NCBI GenBank assembly: GCA_045586485.1
Contig: JAZNAK010000030.1
Location: 9,652 to 73,651 of the forward strand
DNA: 64,000 nt
Source: Faecousia sp.
GTDB taxonomy: Bacteria; Bacillota; Clostridia; Oscillospirales; Oscillospiraceae
Reading direction: 5' to 3'
Position 1 is the first letter of the stretch. Each line of letters opens with the position of its first letter. Positions 26,859-36,411 of the stretch are shown one piece after another. Position numbers and translations under genes: made by a program. The notes beneath the pieces were generated by a model, which was given only the letters and a program-made list of their open reading frames with translations, made no database searches and was not told the DNA's origin.

Positions 26859-27449
26859 TTACTTAAAATAACGCTTCAGCAGGCCTTCCAGAGCCTTGCC
26901 GTGACGGGCCTCGTCCCGAGCCATCTCGTGGACGGTGTCGTGGATGGCGTCCAGACCGTTGGCCTTGGCGACCTTCGCCAGGTCGAACTTGCCGGAGGTA
27001 GCGCCGTACTCGCAGTCAACGCGCCATGCCAGATTCTGCTTGGTGGTGGCCTTCATATTGGGCTCCAGGTCCTCGCCCAGCAGCTCTGCGAACTTGGAAG
27101 CGTGCTCAGCCTCTTCATAGGCTGCCTTCTCCCAGTACAGGCCGATCTCGGGGTAGCCTTCGCGATGAGCGATACGGGCCATGCACAGGTACATACCCAC
27201 CTCAGCGCACTCGCCGTTGAAGTTGGCCATCAGCTGCTCGAAGATGAACTTCTTGTCTTCCTCGGAGATGTCGGGGTTGTTCTTCACGGTCTTGCCGTAA
27301 ACGCCGTACTCGTGCTCAGCGGCCAGCTTGCCCTCTTCCAGGACCTTGAACTTCTCGCCGGAGACCTTACATACGGGGCATACAAAACCAGCGGGCATAG
27401 CCTCTGCTTCGTGAACATAACCGCAAACGGGGCATACAAACTTCTTCAT
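26859..27449 (-). CDS. reverse rubrerythrin / NADH peroxidase (N-terminal rubredoxin + ferritin-like domain)
   Basis: CPVC..CPVC, then GECAEVGMY, EEAEHA, DEARHG di-iron motifs. Confidence 0.92.
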   Translation of the reverse strand: MKKFVCPVCGYVHEAEAMPAGFVCPVCKVSGEKFKVLEEGKLAAEHEYGVYGKTVKNNPDISEEDKKFIFEQLMANFNGECAEVGMYLCMARIAHREGYPEIGLYWEKAAYEEAEHASKFAELLGEDLEPNMKATTKQNLAWRVDCEYGATSGKFDLAKVAKANGLDAIHDTVHEMARDEARHGKALEGLLKRYFK

Positions 27450-27519
27450 GATTTTTCCTCCAATTATTTTTTATAGTAATTTATTTTTTTGTTTTATGGG
27501 TGATCCCACCCGGATTTAC

Positions 27520-27639
27520 TTATTCTTCAATTTCCTTGAACTGGTCGGGGCCGACGCCGCACAGGGGGCACTCGTAATCTTCGGGCAGCTCGTCACCCTC
27601 GTAAATGAAATCGCAAACTTCACAGATAAACTTCTTCAT
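27520..27639 (-). CDS. short rubredoxin (39 aa; below the ORF-track cutoff)
   Basis: [39 protein letters not shown]; AAGGAG RBS. Confidence 0.88.
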   Translation of the reverse strand: MKKFICEVCDFIYEGDELPEDYECPLCGVGPDQFKEIEE

Positions 27640-27651
27640 AAAAGACACTCC

Positions 27652-28056
27652 TTAATTTTGATTATTTTTTACGGAACATTGCTGGCACTGACCTACAAAG
27701 GTCAGCTGGCACATATTGATGTGACCGCCGGTTTGCTTGGTCACCTCTTGGTTTAATTCCTCAGGCACAGCGATCTTTGGCAGATCCGCCACACTGGCAC
27801 AGTCCGTACAGATGAAATGAACATGGGGCTCGGTATTTCCGTCAAACCGCTCCACTCCGTTGACCGTTCCCAGGCTGGTGGCCTCGCCCCGCTCCTTGAA
27901 CATGGACAAGTTCCGGTACACAGTACCAAGGGACAGATCCGGGATCTCCAGTTTCAGGTGGTTGTAAACCATTTCTGCGGAGGGGTGTGTGTCTGTTTCC
28001 CGCAAGTAAGCCAAGATCGCATTCCGTTTGCGGAATTGCTTGGTGGATATTTCCAT
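27652..28056 (-). CDS. Fur-family repressor, PerR-like
   Basis: HPSAEMVY, SLGTVYRNL, RFDG..PHVHFIC..C, GQCQQC; heads the rubredoxin/rubrerythrin operon. Confidence 0.88.
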   Translation of the reverse strand: MEISTKQFRKRNAILAYLRETDTHPSAEMVYNHLKLEIPDLSLGTVYRNLSMFKERGEATSLGTVNGVERFDGNTEPHVHFICTDCASVADLPKIAVPEELNQEVTKQTGGHINMCQLTFVGQCQQCSVKNNQN

Positions 28057-28072
28057 ATCCGTCCTCCTTCCT

Positions 28073-28147
28073 AAACAAGAACGTTTCTTATTTACATCTG
28101 CAGTATAGCATACCATTTTCTATTTGTCAATAGGAATTATTCTTATT
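28073..28147 (-). promoter_or_regulatory. sigmaA promoter of the perR operon with two Fur/PerR-like 9-1-9 boxes
   Basis: minus strand TTGACA-17-TATACT; AATAGGAAT-T-ATTCTTATT (28129-28147) and AACAAGAAC-G-TTTCTTATT (~28074-28092). Confidence 0.65.
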
Positions 28148-28224
28148 TTTAAAAAATTATTTTATTGCTTTTGAAACAGAGTATGTATATAATTAATGTA
28201 TATTGCGAAAAGGAGTTTTCTACT

Positions 28225-29319
28225 GTGGATCATATGCACTGCGCGTATCGGGGATGTCTGTTGGGAATGGCTGTCGGCGATGCTATGGGTCATAGCATTG
28301 ACGGCAAGTCCTGGGCAGAGATCTGCGCCGATTACGGCCCCAGCGGACTGCTGGGCTACGACCTGCAAGCAGAAGAATATGCCCAGGTGACCTCCCACAC
28401 CCAAATTGCCGCCTATCTGTGCAACGGCCTGCTTTTGAGCATCTCCCGCAGCAAGGGAGAGCATTTACGCTACGGCAAGCTGGCGCTGAAGGAATGGACC
28501 CGCAGCCAGCAATTCTATCGGGATCCGGAGGAGAGCTACTGCTGGATCGCCAAGCTGCCCCAGTTCCGCCGCCGCCACTGCCGGGATGCCCGGATGCTGG
28601 ACACTCTGCGGCTGGAAAGCTTCGGCACTATGGACGCGCCCCAAAATGACTTTAACACCCCCGGCAGCATAACCGCCGCCGTGGCCGCAGGTCTGTTCTA
28701 CCAGCCCAAGCGGATCGCGCCGGAGCAGGTGGGTACGCTGGCAGGAAACTTAATGGCTCTGACCCACGGAAATCCGGAAACCTTCCTCTCCGGTGTGGTG
28801 CTCTCTTATGCCATCGCCGGCATTCTCCACGAGCCGGAGCAAGAACTTGCGGATCAATTTTTGCAGGCCATCGCGGTGATGGACGGTCAATTCCGCCACC
28901 GTTTTCCTCAGGCCGGCGAACTGGCCCAAAAACTGCGCCTGGCTATTGACCTTGCTCAGAGTGAAACCGTCTCTCCCCAGGAGGGCATGGAGCAACTGGT
29001 GTGTATGGATGCCGCCCAGTGCCTGGCGGGGGCAATGTTTGCCTGCCTGGTCAGTCCCGAGGATTTTGACACCGCCATCATCACCGCCGTGAATCACTCC
29101 GGCCTCAGCGCCGCGGTGGGCGCCATCACCGGCGCAATTTTGGGGGCAAAGCTGGGGGAATACGCCTTGCCGGAGTTCTACCTGGAATCTTTGGAATGTG
29201 TAGCCGCCCTGGAACTTTTGGCGGAGGATATGCTCTGCGCCACCCCGGCCATCGGTATTTTTGATGACAGCTGGGATCACAAATATGTCCAGGGAATCCC
29301 GCCGGAAGGCCTTGTTTAG
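28225..29319 (+). CDS. ADP-ribosylglycohydrolase-fold protein with degenerate active site
   Basis: YRGCLLGMAVGDAMG, ALTHG, AVNHSG..GAITGAILGA..G..ALP; canonical TDD and DxD motifs absent. Confidence 0.82.
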   Translation: MDHMHCAYRGCLLGMAVGDAMGHSIDGKSWAEICADYGPSGLLGYDLQAEEYAQVTSHTQIAAYLCNGLLLSISRSKGEHLRYGKLALKEWTRSQQFYRDPEESYCWIAKLPQFRRRHCRDARMLDTLRLESFGTMDAPQNDFNTPGSITAAVAAGLFYQPKRIAPEQVGTLAGNLMALTHGNPETFLSGVVLSYAIAGILHEPEQELADQFLQAIAVMDGQFRHRFPQAGELAQKLRLAIDLAQSETVSPQEGMEQLVCMDAAQCLAGAMFACLVSPEDFDTAIITAVNHSGLSAAVGAITGAILGAKLGEYALPEFYLESLECVAALELLAEDMLCATPAIGIFDDSWDHKYVQGIPPEGLV

Positions 29320-29384
29320 GTGTGTAATTGGGTGAAAATCGGGAAAAATGTTGAAAAAAACTGCGTTTTTCTTATGAAACCCTC

Positions 29385-29469
29385 TTGCATAACGGTCAAA
29401 ACGGTGGTATAATACCTACGAAAGTAAGATTGACGTTTGGAAAGAGAGGGGTTTGCCCCTCTCTTTTTT
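29385..29469 (+). promoter_or_regulatory. rimP-nusA promoter and leader terminator/attenuator
   Basis: TTGCAT-17-TATAAT; AAAGAGAGGGG-tttg-CCCCTCTCTTTTTT hairpin before rimP. Confidence 0.72.
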
Positions 29470-29497
29470 GAGTACTTTTTGAAAGGACGGTAAGGTC

Positions 29498-29950
29498 TTG
29501 AAAATTACAGATCAAGTCACCCAATTCTCTCAGCCCATCGTGGAAGAGGCCGGCTGCAAACTTTGGGATGTGGAATATGTCCGGGAGGGCGCTGAGCGCT
29601 TCCTGCGGATCTACATCGACAAAGACGGCGGTGTGGACATCTCCGATTGCGAGAAGATCCATCGCCTCATCGATCCCATTTTGGATGAAAAAGACCCCAT
29701 TGCCGAGAGCTATCACTTTGAAGTCTGCTCCGCCGGCATCGAACGGGCGCTAAAAAGACCCGGCGATTTCCTGCAGTTCATGAACTCTCCCGTGCTGGTG
29801 AAGCTCTATCGCCCCAGAAACGGTCTGAAGGAGATCGGCGGCGTTCTCCGTGGCTACGAAGACGGAAAAGTCACTGTGGAGGCCGGCAAGGAAACCATCA
29901 CTTTTGAAAAATCTGAAGTCGCACTGGTGCGGCTGCGTGTGGAACTATAA
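29498..29950 (+). CDS. rimP: ribosome maturation factor RimP
   Basis: LRIYIDK..GVDISDCE, EVCSAGIERAL; first gene of the nusA operon. Confidence 0.94.
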   Translation: MKITDQVTQFSQPIVEEAGCKLWDVEYVREGAERFLRIYIDKDGGVDISDCEKIHRLIDPILDEKDPIAESYHFEVCSAGIERALKRPGDFLQFMNSPVLVKLYRPRNGLKEIGGVLRGYEDGKVTVEAGKETITFEKSEVALVRLRVEL

Positions 29951-29965
29951 TAGGAGGAACAAAAA

Positions 29966-31078
29966 ATGGCAAGAAATACCAGAGCCAAAAAGACAGAAGC
30001 TCCCCAGGTGGATATCGGCGCAGAGATCTTCGCGAGCCTGCGGGATTTGGAAAAGCTGAAGGGCATTCCCGTCACCTATATGGTGGACCGGCTGAAGCAG
30101 GCCCTCACCAACGCCTACCGGAAGGACCGGGAGGATCACAGAGATATCCCCGCCGAAAATGTGGTGGTTGATCTCAGCGAAAACGGCCTTTCCATGCACC
30201 TGGTAAAGACCGCTGTGGAAGAAGTGGAGGACTCCGCTGTGGAGATCCACATCGACGCCGCCCGCCACCTGAATCCCGATGTGCAGGTAGGCGAGTCTGT
30301 CATCATTCCCGTTGACATTCAGAAGTTCGGCCGCATCGCCGCCCAGACTGCCAAGCAGGTGGTCATTCAGGGCATCCGCGAGGCTGAGCGAGGCGCCATT
30401 TACGAGAGCTACTCCTCCAAGTCCCAGGAGCTGCTCACCGGCACTGTCCTGCGGGTGGATCCCACTGGCAATATCTTCGTGCAGATCGGTCAGGGCAGCG
30501 AGCAGAGCGACGCTGTGCTGCGCACCAGCGAGCAGATCCCCGGTGAAGTCTACGAGCCCGGCGATCTGATCCGTGTGTACGTACTGGAAGTCCACAAGGC
30601 CACCCGCGGCCCGCTGGTCCACGTCTCCCGCACCCACCCCAATGTGGTGCGCCGCCTCTTTGAGCTGGAGACGCCCGAGATCGCAGACGGTCAGGTGGAG
30701 ATCCGCAACATCGCCCGCGAGGCCGGCTCCCGCAGCAAGATCGCTGTCCGGGCCGCTATGGAAAATGTAGATCCCGTAGGCGCTTGCGTCGGCCCCAGAG
30801 GCGGCCGTGTGGGCGCAGTTGTGGACGAGCTGAACGGTGAGAAGATCGACATCGTGGTCTGGAGCGAAGACCCCTGCGAGTATGTGAAGGCCGCCCTGAG
30901 CCCCGCCGATGTGGTGAGCGTAGAGATGGATCCTTCCAACCCCAAGGCCTGCCGCGTGATCGTGCCCGACGATCAGCTGTGCCTTGCCATCGGCAAGGAG
31001 GGTCAGAACGCCCGTCTGGCTGCCCGTCTTACCGGATTGAAGATCGACATCAAGCCTGCCAGCGCTGTGCAGGAATAA
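29966..31078 (+). CDS. nusA: transcription termination factor NusA
   Basis: FGRIAAQTAKQV, AREAGSRSKIAV, LAIGKEGQNARLAARLTG. Confidence 0.97.
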   Translation: MARNTRAKKTEAPQVDIGAEIFASLRDLEKLKGIPVTYMVDRLKQALTNAYRKDREDHRDIPAENVVVDLSENGLSMHLVKTAVEEVEDSAVEIHIDAARHLNPDVQVGESVIIPVDIQKFGRIAAQTAKQVVIQGIREAERGAIYESYSSKSQELLTGTVLRVDPTGNIFVQIGQGSEQSDAVLRTSEQIPGEVYEPGDLIRVYVLEVHKATRGPLVHVSRTHPNVVRRLFELETPEIADGQVEIRNIAREAGSRSKIAVRAAMENVDPVGACVGPRGGRVGAVVDELNGEKIDIVVWSEDPCEYVKAALSPADVVSVEMDPSNPKACRVIVPDDQLCLAIGKEGQNARLAARLTGLKIDIKPASAVQE

Positions 31079-31101
31079 ACCTTTGTTAGGAGGGAATCAC
31101 A

Positions 31102-31377
31102 ATGCAGAAAAAGATTCCTCAAAGACAATGTATGGGCTGCCGGGAACGGATGGCCAAGCGGGATTTGATCCGGGTCGTCCGGGGCACTGACGGCACCGTC
31201 AGTCTGGACTTCAGCGGCAAGCTCAACGGCCGGGGCGCTTACATCTGCCCCAAGGCAGATTGCCTCGCCAAAGCCCGGAAAGCAAAATCCCTGGAGCGCA
31301 GCCTGGATGTCCCCATCCCCCAGGATGTCTATGACCGCCTGGAAAAGGAAATGGAGGCAGGTCTGGGTGGAAAGTAA
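31102..31377 (+). CDS. ylxR: YlxR/RnpM family protein
   Basis: PQRQCMGC..K.DLIRVVR, GRGAYIC. Confidence 0.92.
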   Translation: MQKKIPQRQCMGCRERMAKRDLIRVVRGTDGTVSLDFSGKLNGRGAYICPKADCLAKARKAKSLERSLDVPIPQDVYDRLEKEMEAGLGGK

Positions 31378-31804
31378 AGCATTGAATTACCTGGCGCTGG
31401 CAAGAAAGGCCAGCCGCGTCGAACTGGGCGAAGAGCCTGTGGGCGCCGCCGCCCGGGGTCAGAAGGCCCGGCTGATCATCGTGGCTAGCGACGCCACGGA
31501 CCATACCTGGCGCAGAGCGCTGAGCTTTGTGGCAGAAACAGAACAGATTTGTTTGAAAGTTCCCTTCTCCAAGGACCAGTTGGGGCAGGCCGTTGGCCGC
31601 ACCGCACTGGCTCTGGCCGCATTTACCGACCCTGCGCTGGCCCTGGGTTTCGTGAAAGCCCTGGATCAGCCGGACCGCTACAAGGCCGAACTGGCAGAAC
31701 TGGACAAGCGCTCCAAGCGCATCCGCCAGCGCCAGCAGGAGGCCAAGGCCCATCAGCGCAACAAGGCTGCGGGCTATAAGGGCAAGGCCAAGAAGGAACA
31801 TTGA
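31367..31804 (+). CDS. L7Ae/L30e-like RNA-binding protein (YlxQ) with basic C-terminal extension
   Basis: LALARKA, LIIVASDA, K.QLGQAVGR; located between ylxR and infB. Confidence 0.85.
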   Translation: MESKALNYLALARKASRVELGEEPVGAAARGQKARLIIVASDATDHTWRRALSFVAETEQICLKVPFSKDQLGQAVGRTALALAAFTDPALALGFVKALDQPDRYKAELAELDKRSKRIRQRQQEAKAHQRNKAAGYKGKAKKEH

Positions 31805-31825
31805 TTTTGGAGGTGCGTTTCGTAT

Positions 31826-34162
31826 ATGAGTTTAGTGAAGTATCGTTTGAAAGAGGTCGCCACCGATTTTGGCATGACCCCTAAGGATATTGCTGAGGTG
31901 ATGGGCAAGTTTTTTGAACGGCCCAAGTCCAACACCCAGGTTTTGACAGAAGATGAGCTGAATGTGATCTTCGACTACATCACCATGACCCACCAGATCG
32001 ACTCTCTGGAGGTGGTGTTTGCCGTACAGCCCAAGCCCCAGGAAAAGAAGCCCGAGGAAGCCGCTCCCAAGCAGGAGGCAAAAGCAGATGCCGCTCCCCA
32101 GCAGAGCAAGACCGCTGCTCCCCAGCAGGCCAAGGCCGACAAGCCCCAGAAACCTGCCGAGCCGGAGCGCAAGCGTGAGCGCCGGGTGGTGGACACCTCT
32201 GCGGTGCAGGTGAACTCTGCCCGTTTCGACGACCGGGTGGACGATCTGGTCTCCGAGCGGGTACAGAACTACCAGGGCGGCAAGCAGCGCTTTGGTAAGA
32301 AGGGTCAACAGCAGCAGCACAAGAAGGACAACAAGTTCAGCAAGGGCAACAAGTCCAAGAACGAGGAGCAGGAGAAGATGCGCCGCCTCCAGATGGAAGT
32401 GGCCCGCAAGGCTCCTGTCACCGTAAAGATCCCCGATGAGATCACCGTGGGCGAGCTGGCTTCCCGGATGAAAAAGACCTCCAGCGAGGTTATCAAGCTG
32501 CTGATGAAGAACGGTGTTATGGCCGGCATCAATCAGACCATTGACTTTGACACCGCGGAGTTTGTGGCCACCGAAATGGGCTGCAAGGTAGAGCGTGAGA
32601 TCACCATCCCCATCGAAGAACGAATCATCGACGACCACACCGACACCGCTGAGGAACTCCAGGGCCGCGCCCCTGTGGTTGTGGTCATGGGTCATGTTGA
32701 CCACGGCAAGACCTCCACGCTGGACGCCATCCGGAACACCTCCGTCACCGCAGGTGAGGCCGGCGGCATTACCCAGCACATCGGTGCATACACCGTCGAG
32801 TGCAACGGCCAGCCCATCACCTTCCTGGACACCCCCGGCCACGCCGCCTTTACCTCCATGCGCGCCCGCGGCGCTATGTGTACGGACATCGCCATCCTGG
32901 TGGTCGCCGCCGACGACGGCATCATGCCCCAGACCGTGGAGTCCATCAACCACGCCAAGGCCGCCAATGTTCCCATTATCGTTGCCATCAACAAGATGGA
33001 TAAGCCTGAGGCCAACCCCGACAAGATCAAGCAGCAGCTGACCGAGTACGAGCTGATCCCCGAAGAGTGGGGCGGCGACACCATCATCTGCCCCATCTCC
33101 GCCAAGACCGGTATGGGTCTTGATAACCTGTTGGAGATGGTCCTGCTCACCGCTGAGGTGCAGGAGCTGAAGGCAAATCCCGACCGCCGGGCCAAGGGCA
33201 CGGTCATCGAGGCCCGTCTGGATAAGACCCGCGGCCCCATCGCCACACTGCTGGTGCAGAACGGCACGCTGAATCAGGGCGACATCATCATCGCCGGCAC
33301 TGCTGTGGGCCGTGTCCGCGTGATGACCAACGACAAGGGCCGCACCGTCAAGTCCGCCGGCCCCTCCATTCCCGTGGAGATCACCGGTCTTGCGGAAGTT
33401 CCCTCCCCCGGTGACGAGTTCAATGCCGTCACCGACGAGCGTATGGCAAGAGAGCTGGTAGAGCAGCGGAAGCAGGCCGCCAAGGACGCCGCTGCAAACG
33501 CTATGCAGAAGGTCACTCTGGATAACCTGTTCGCCAAGATGCAGGAGGGCGCTATGAAGGAGCTGTCCCTGATCGTCAAGGCCGATGTGCAGGGCTCTGC
33601 CGAAGCCGTGAAGGCCTCTTTGGAGAAGCTCTCCAACGAAGAAGTCCGGGTTCGCGTGATCCACACCGGCGTTGGCGCTATCAACGAGTCCGATATCCTG
33701 CTGGCTTCCACCGCAGGCGCCATCATCGTTGGCTTCAATCTCCGTCCCGACGCCGGCGCACAGGCATCCGCTCAGCGCACCGCCGTGGATATGCGGTTCT
33801 ACCGGGTCATTTATGATGCCATTGACGAGATCGAGGCCGCTATGAAGGGTATGCTGGCTCCCAAGTTCGAGGAAGTGGTCATCGGCCACGCCGAGGTGCG
33901 TCTGACCTACAAGGTCTCCGCCGTCGGCACCGTCGCCGGCTGTATGGTCAAGGACGGCAAGGTCACCCGGGATTCCCAGGTCCGCGTGCTGCGTGACAAT
34001 GTGGTCATCCACGAAGGCGAACTGGGCTCTCTGCAGCGGTTCAAGGATTCCGTCAAGGAAGTGACCGCCGGCTATGAGTGCGGTATGAGCGTTGCCAAGT
34101 TCAACGACATCAAGGAAGGCGACATCTTCGAGTGCTTTTCTATGCAGGAGATCAAGCGCTAA
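31826..34162 (+). CDS. infB: translation initiation factor IF-2
   Basis: [28 protein letters not shown]. Confidence 0.98.
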   Translation: MSLVKYRLKEVATDFGMTPKDIAEVMGKFFERPKSNTQVLTEDELNVIFDYITMTHQIDSLEVVFAVQPKPQEKKPEEAAPKQEAKADAAPQQSKTAAPQQAKADKPQKPAEPERKRERRVVDTSAVQVNSARFDDRVDDLVSERVQNYQGGKQRFGKKGQQQQHKKDNKFSKGNKSKNEEQEKMRRLQMEVARKAPVTVKIPDEITVGELASRMKKTSSEVIKLLMKNGVMAGINQTIDFDTAEFVATEMGCKVEREITIPIEERIIDDHTDTAEELQGRAPVVVVMGHVDHGKTSTLDAIRNTSVTAGEAGGITQHIGAYTVECNGQPITFLDTPGHAAFTSMRARGAMCTDIAILVVAADDGIMPQTVESINHAKAANVPIIVAINKMDKPEANPDKIKQQLTEYELIPEEWGGDTIICPISAKTGMGLDNLLEMVLLTAEVQELKANPDRRAKGTVIEARLDKTRGPIATLLVQNGTLNQGDIIIAGTAVGRVRVMTNDKGRTVKSAGPSIPVEITGLAEVPSPGDEFNAVTDERMARELVEQRKQAAKDAAANAMQKVTLDNLFAKMQEGAMKELSLIVKADVQGSAEAVKASLEKLSNEEVRVRVIHTGVGAINESDILLASTAGAIIVGFNLRPDAGAQASAQRTAVDMRFYRVIYDAIDEIEAAMKGMLAPKFEEVVIGHAEVRLTYKVSAVGTVAGCMVKDGKVTRDSQVRVLRDNVVIHEGELGSLQRFKDSVKEVTAGYECGMSVAKFNDIKEGDIFECFSMQEIKR

Positions 34163-34242
34163 TCAACAAAATAAAGCTTTCTGGCGGATAGCGGATCGTT
34201 CGCTATCCGCCGGTTTGCTACGGAAGAATAGGAGGATGTAGT

Positions 34243-34605
34243 ATGGCATCCAATCGTATTGGAAGAATCAATGAGGAGATCCAGAAGGAGCTGGCTTCTC
34301 TTCTGCGGAATCTGAAGGACCCCCGCGTGCAGGACACCATGATCTCCATCACCCATGTGGAGACCACGCCGGATCTGCGCTACGCCAAGGTCTATGTGAG
34401 CTTTTTGCAGGAGGATCGGGCCAAGGATGCTTTGAAGGGTCTGAAATCCGCCGGCGGTTATCTCCGTCGGGAGCTGGGCCGGGCGCTGAATCTGCGCTAC
34501 ACCCCGGAGCTGAACTGGGCGCTGGACGATTCCATCACCTACGGCGCAAAAATGCTGGAGCTGATTAACTCTTTAGAGGTAAAAAACGATGATGACCAGG
34601 CTTGA
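34243..34605 (+). CDS. rbfA: ribosome-binding factor A
   Basis: KDPR, DLRYAKVYVS, LRYTPEL. Confidence 0.96.
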   Translation: MASNRIGRINEEIQKELASLLRNLKDPRVQDTMISITHVETTPDLRYAKVYVSFLQEDRAKDALKGLKSAGGYLRRELGRALNLRYTPELNWALDDSITYGAKMLELINSLEVKNDDDQA

Positions 34606-35533
34606 TGCCGCAGCCTTTCTTAAGGAAAGGGATCATTTTTCCATTTTGACCCACCGCCGTCCCGACGGGGACACCCTGGGCAGCGCTGCGCTGCTGTGCA
34701 GAGGTCTGCGGCAACTAAAAAAAACTGCCCACATCATCGAAAATCCGGAGATCACCCAGCGGTATCTGCCCCTCCACAAAGGGCTTACCAAAGCCGCTTG
34801 CGGAGAAAAGGACACCGTTATCTGCGTGGATGTGGCCTCCCAAAGTATGCTGCCGGAGGCATTTTCTCCTTACAAAGACCGGATCGCTCTGCGGATCGAT
34901 CACCACGGTTCGGCAGAGTCCTTTACCCCCTTTGAACTGGTAGAGCCGGACACTGCCGCCTGCGGTGAGGTCATTTTCGGCGTGCTGAAGCTGATGGGTG
35001 TTTCCCTGGATACGCCTATGGCAGACGCCCTGTACACCGCCATTTCCACGGACACCGGCTGTTTCCGTTATGCAAACACCACGGCAAACACCTTTTTGGC
35101 AGCATCAGAATGCGCCCGGGTGAGCAAAAACCTGCCGGAGCTGAACAGAGAGCTGTTTGAGACCCGTTCCCTGGGCCGACTACGGCTGGAGGGCTGGCTG
35201 GTGGAGCATATGCGCTTTTTGAAAGGCGGGGCGGTAGCGATCTGCGCGCTTCCCAGCTCTGTAGAAGAAGAATTGAAGCTTACGGAGGACGATCTGGAAA
35301 ATATCTCCGGCTTCCCCCGTTCTATTCAGGGCGTGAAAGTAGCCGCCACCCTCCGGGAGGAAAAGGACGGCCGCATCAAGCTCTCTGTCCGGGCCGTGCC
35401 CGGGTATGACGCCGCCGCCATCTGCGCTTCTTTCGGCGGAGGCGGTCACAAAGGCGCCGCCGGCGCCACCTTTGCCTGCTCCATGGAGGAGGCTGTGAAA
35501 TTGGTAGAAAACGCGATGGAAACCGTGATTTGA
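34589..35533 (+). CDS. nrnA: DHH/DHHA1 phosphoesterase (NrnA-like)
   Basis: HRRPDGD, IDHH, TDTGCF, GGGGH. Confidence 0.9.
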   Translation: MMTRLDAAAFLKERDHFSILTHRRPDGDTLGSAALLCRGLRQLKKTAHIIENPEITQRYLPLHKGLTKAACGEKDTVICVDVASQSMLPEAFSPYKDRIALRIDHHGSAESFTPFELVEPDTAACGEVIFGVLKLMGVSLDTPMADALYTAISTDTGCFRYANTTANTFLAASECARVSKNLPELNRELFETRSLGRLRLEGWLVEHMRFLKGGAVAICALPSSVEEELKLTEDDLENISGFPRSIQGVKVAATLREEKDGRIKLSVRAVPGYDAAAICASFGGGGHKGAAGATFACSMEEAVKLVENAMETVI

Positions 35534-35540
35534 GGACAGT

Positions 35541-36401
35541 ATGGACGGAATTGTAATTGTAGATAAACCCCAGGGCTGGACCAGCCAGGATGTGACCGCC
35601 AAGCTTCGGGGCGTTTTTGGGACCCGGCGGATCGGTCACGGCGGCACGCTGGATCCCATGGCCACCGGCGTTCTGCCGGTGTTTGTGGGCCGGGCAACCC
35701 GGGGCGTGGAGTTCTTTGAACACGCAGACAAGGTTTACGAGACCGTCCTGCGCCTTGGCATCACCACCGACACCGAAGACATCACCGGCACGGTGCTAAC
35801 CGAGCAGGACGCCTTCGTCACCGGAGAAATGGTGGAAGAGGTACTGTGCCGCTTCCGGGGAGAGATTCTGCAGGTGCCGCCCATGTACTCCGCCATTAAA
35901 ATCAATGGCCAAAAGCTCTACGATCTTGCCCGGAAAGGCAAGGAGGTGGAACGCCAGCCCCGGCAAATTACCATTCACGAGCTGAAATTGCTGGGAATGG
36001 ATGCCGATGGCATCCATCTGCGGGTACACTGCTCCAAAGGCACCTATATCCGCACCCTTTGCAAGGACATTGGCGAGGCTCTTGGCTGCGGAGGCTGCAT
36101 GGCCGCCCTCCGGAGAACCGCTGCCGGTAATTTTACGGCAGAGCAGGCCGTGCCTCTCAGTGAACTGATCGAAAGCAGCGACCCCGGCAAGTATCTGCTG
36201 GGGGTGGACACCCTGTTTGCCAACCACCCTGCAATTACCCTCACGGAAAAGCAGGCGCTGCGCTGCCGCAACGGCAACCAGTTTTCCATCGATCTGCCGG
36301 AGGGTACATACCGGGCCTACGACCAAAACGGCGATTTTTTGATGTTGGCCAGAGTAGAATCCGGTGTTATGTCAACCATTAAGAGCTTTTTTGCCCTATA
36401 A
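35541..36401 (+). CDS. truB: tRNA pseudouridine(55) synthase
   Basis: DKPQGWTS, GHGGTLDPMATGVL, CSKGTYIRTL. Confidence 0.96.
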   Translation: MDGIVIVDKPQGWTSQDVTAKLRGVFGTRRIGHGGTLDPMATGVLPVFVGRATRGVEFFEHADKVYETVLRLGITTDTEDITGTVLTEQDAFVTGEMVEEVLCRFRGEILQVPPMYSAIKINGQKLYDLARKGKEVERQPRQITIHELKLLGMDADGIHLRVHCSKGTYIRTLCKDIGEALGCGGCMAALRRTAAGNFTAEQAVPLSELIESSDPGKYLLGVDTLFANHPAITLTEKQALRCRNGNQFSIDLPEGTYRAYDQNGDFLMLARVESGVMSTIKSFFAL

Positions 36402-36411
36402 AGAGGACACT

